A DNA stretch of 64,000 bases from assembly GCA_048013815.1 (NCBI GenBank), contig CM106586.1:15686001-15750000 (forward strand), read 5' to 3'. Position numbers and translations under genes: made by a program. This DNA comes from Setoptus koraiensis. Lineage: Eukaryota; Animalia; Arthropoda. The notes under the pieces were generated by a model. The model did not search any database. It was not told where the DNA came from and was given only the letters and a program-made list of their open reading frames with translations. Positions 62,421 through 64,000 of the stretch are shown here, piece by piece; positions within the stretch are counted from its first letter, which is position 1, and the number at the start of each line of letters is the position of its first letter.

Positions 62421-64000
62421 GTTGAACCCAAATTTCGCCTGCGAGGTTCAACCAGTAATTGCCAGTAGGATGATGGTGTCTAGTGAGTGATGATGTGGTA
62501 AGTGTGTTGTGATGATAAATTACAAATAATAGTAGAATGGCAAATCGTGACTCATTTCCGACATCATCGATGATACAGTTTTAATAGTGTGCTAGTATGG
62601 CGATTATTGGCAACATAAAATGCCAAGTCTATCAATCCGTGATATGTGTGTGTGTGTAATGCGCTCTAGATAGTGTCTTTTTTCACTAGTTTCTGTAAGA
62701 TTTATGCTTAGTCACTATTGGTCACAATACTGAGGATAGTAGGTTATTGACAAACGAATTATTCGAAGTAAGATTCTCCATTAAATGATTAGTATAGTTT
62801 GCAAACATGTTTGATGAGTAGTTGTTGTAGTGTGTATATGTTTATGCGTGAGTGTGTGTTGGTGTGTATCTCTATGACGGATAACTTTCTGTCAATAGCA
62901 TCTGGTGATTGAGTTGTTTGTGTGTTGAGTAGTAGTCACAGTAAAAGTTCAATTATCCTTGTCCAAACACTACAACTATAAATCGTGTATTAGCCGTGAT
63001 TATCTGTTTGTAGCCAGTTAGCTAACAGTTTTTTGTTTCACACCGTGTAGCAATGGTGTTGCTGTTGTCGCAAATATCGCAATGTGTTGGCAATAGTAAA
63101 GTCAGTCTTTGACAAGCATCTGTGTCTATTTGTATGTGTCTATTGAATTTTTACAATACGTATAGAATTTCCAGTAGTAGCAATGGCACTGGTAATAGTA
63201 GTGGTGATAGTTTTTTCTCCATGATACATCAGCCGTGATACATTGGATTGGTTTGTGTTCTATTATTAGTATTTCAGTATTGTTGTCGTTGTTGTTGTTG
63301 TTGTTGACTAGAGTGTATATTTCTGAGAGTGTAATCGGCCTAAAACAATATTGTTGCCGTTGTTGTTGTTTTTGCAGCAATAAACGAAATGAATTTTTCC
63401 CTCTAGGAATGAAAGGGTACCTGGGCGACCTTGAGTTTCGCTTGAGCTTTCAATAAAATGTGCTCGCTGATTGATACATAGTCGTGAGAATGCCGTCGGA
63501 CCAATGTAATTACATAGGTAGGTGACTTTTCTTTTCTTCTTCTCTCCTTTGTCTAAAATAGCATGTATCGTGCGCTGGTCGGCCTATCAAGTGTCCGCAC
63601 CGAATAAAGCTGAAGCTATTTTAATCCGGCGGCACGTCGCAGCGTTCAGTGTTTAGTGTGTGTGTGTGTGTTGAATAAATGTTGTGAGGTAAATGCCAGA
63701 ACGTCACGTTGGATGATGGTGTCTGACAACCGCACCGATGATTATTACCTGGCGACAAACGTATAATGGCCGGGGAATAACCTCAGCTATTACTATTTTG
63801 TTGTTGTTGTTGTTGATTTATTTATTTTTTATTCTGATTATGGCTGCTAATACGACGATAGGTTGCTCCTGTTTACCAGACAGGCTGTGTGTGTGTGTGT
63901 GCGTGATAACTGTTGTTTGTGCAACTCACTTGTTAGTGCTCGATATCTGTCTATGCTCGTTGGTACGTCCGTTCGCTCGCTCGCTCGTTTAGCCGTGTTC

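Overview
Eukaryotic nuclear DNA with spliceosomal introns, most likely from an acariform mite with a compact, intron-poor genome. This is an inference from ~70-130 nt introns, several intronless housekeeping genes and a bacterial-type UDP-glycosyltransferase. Bases 1-31 kb are gene-poor, largely GC-rich and repeat-rich. They hold only an NWD2-like NACHT gene (minus strand, runs off the left edge) and a divergent Smad2/3-like gene. Bases 31-62 kb are AT-rich and gene-dense: a C2H2 zinc-finger gene, an orphan low-complexity ORF, LYRM7, Arp2, TRIC/TMEM38, a PAN2 N-terminal-only ORF, a UGT, ICMT, LAMTOR5, USP3, an RMDN-like ORF, ACBD5-like, POLDIP2 and PQLC1/SLC66A2. The most notable structure is at 42-45.7 kb. 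There a 316-bp inverted copy of the TRIC 5' end (5 mismatches) sits just behind the truncated PAN2 ORF and is followed by an older, diverged antisense TRIC copy, so a transcript would fold into a long imperfect hairpin able to yield anti-TRIC siRNAs. Other highlights are overlapping convergent CDSs (ICMT/LAMTOR5), a Smad with a hybrid activin/BMP L3 loop, a 309-bp foldback, and 12 genes in strictly alternating orientation. No tRNA, rRNA, CRISPR or intact transposase was recognised. All family assignments come from motif recognition by eye, not from database searches.
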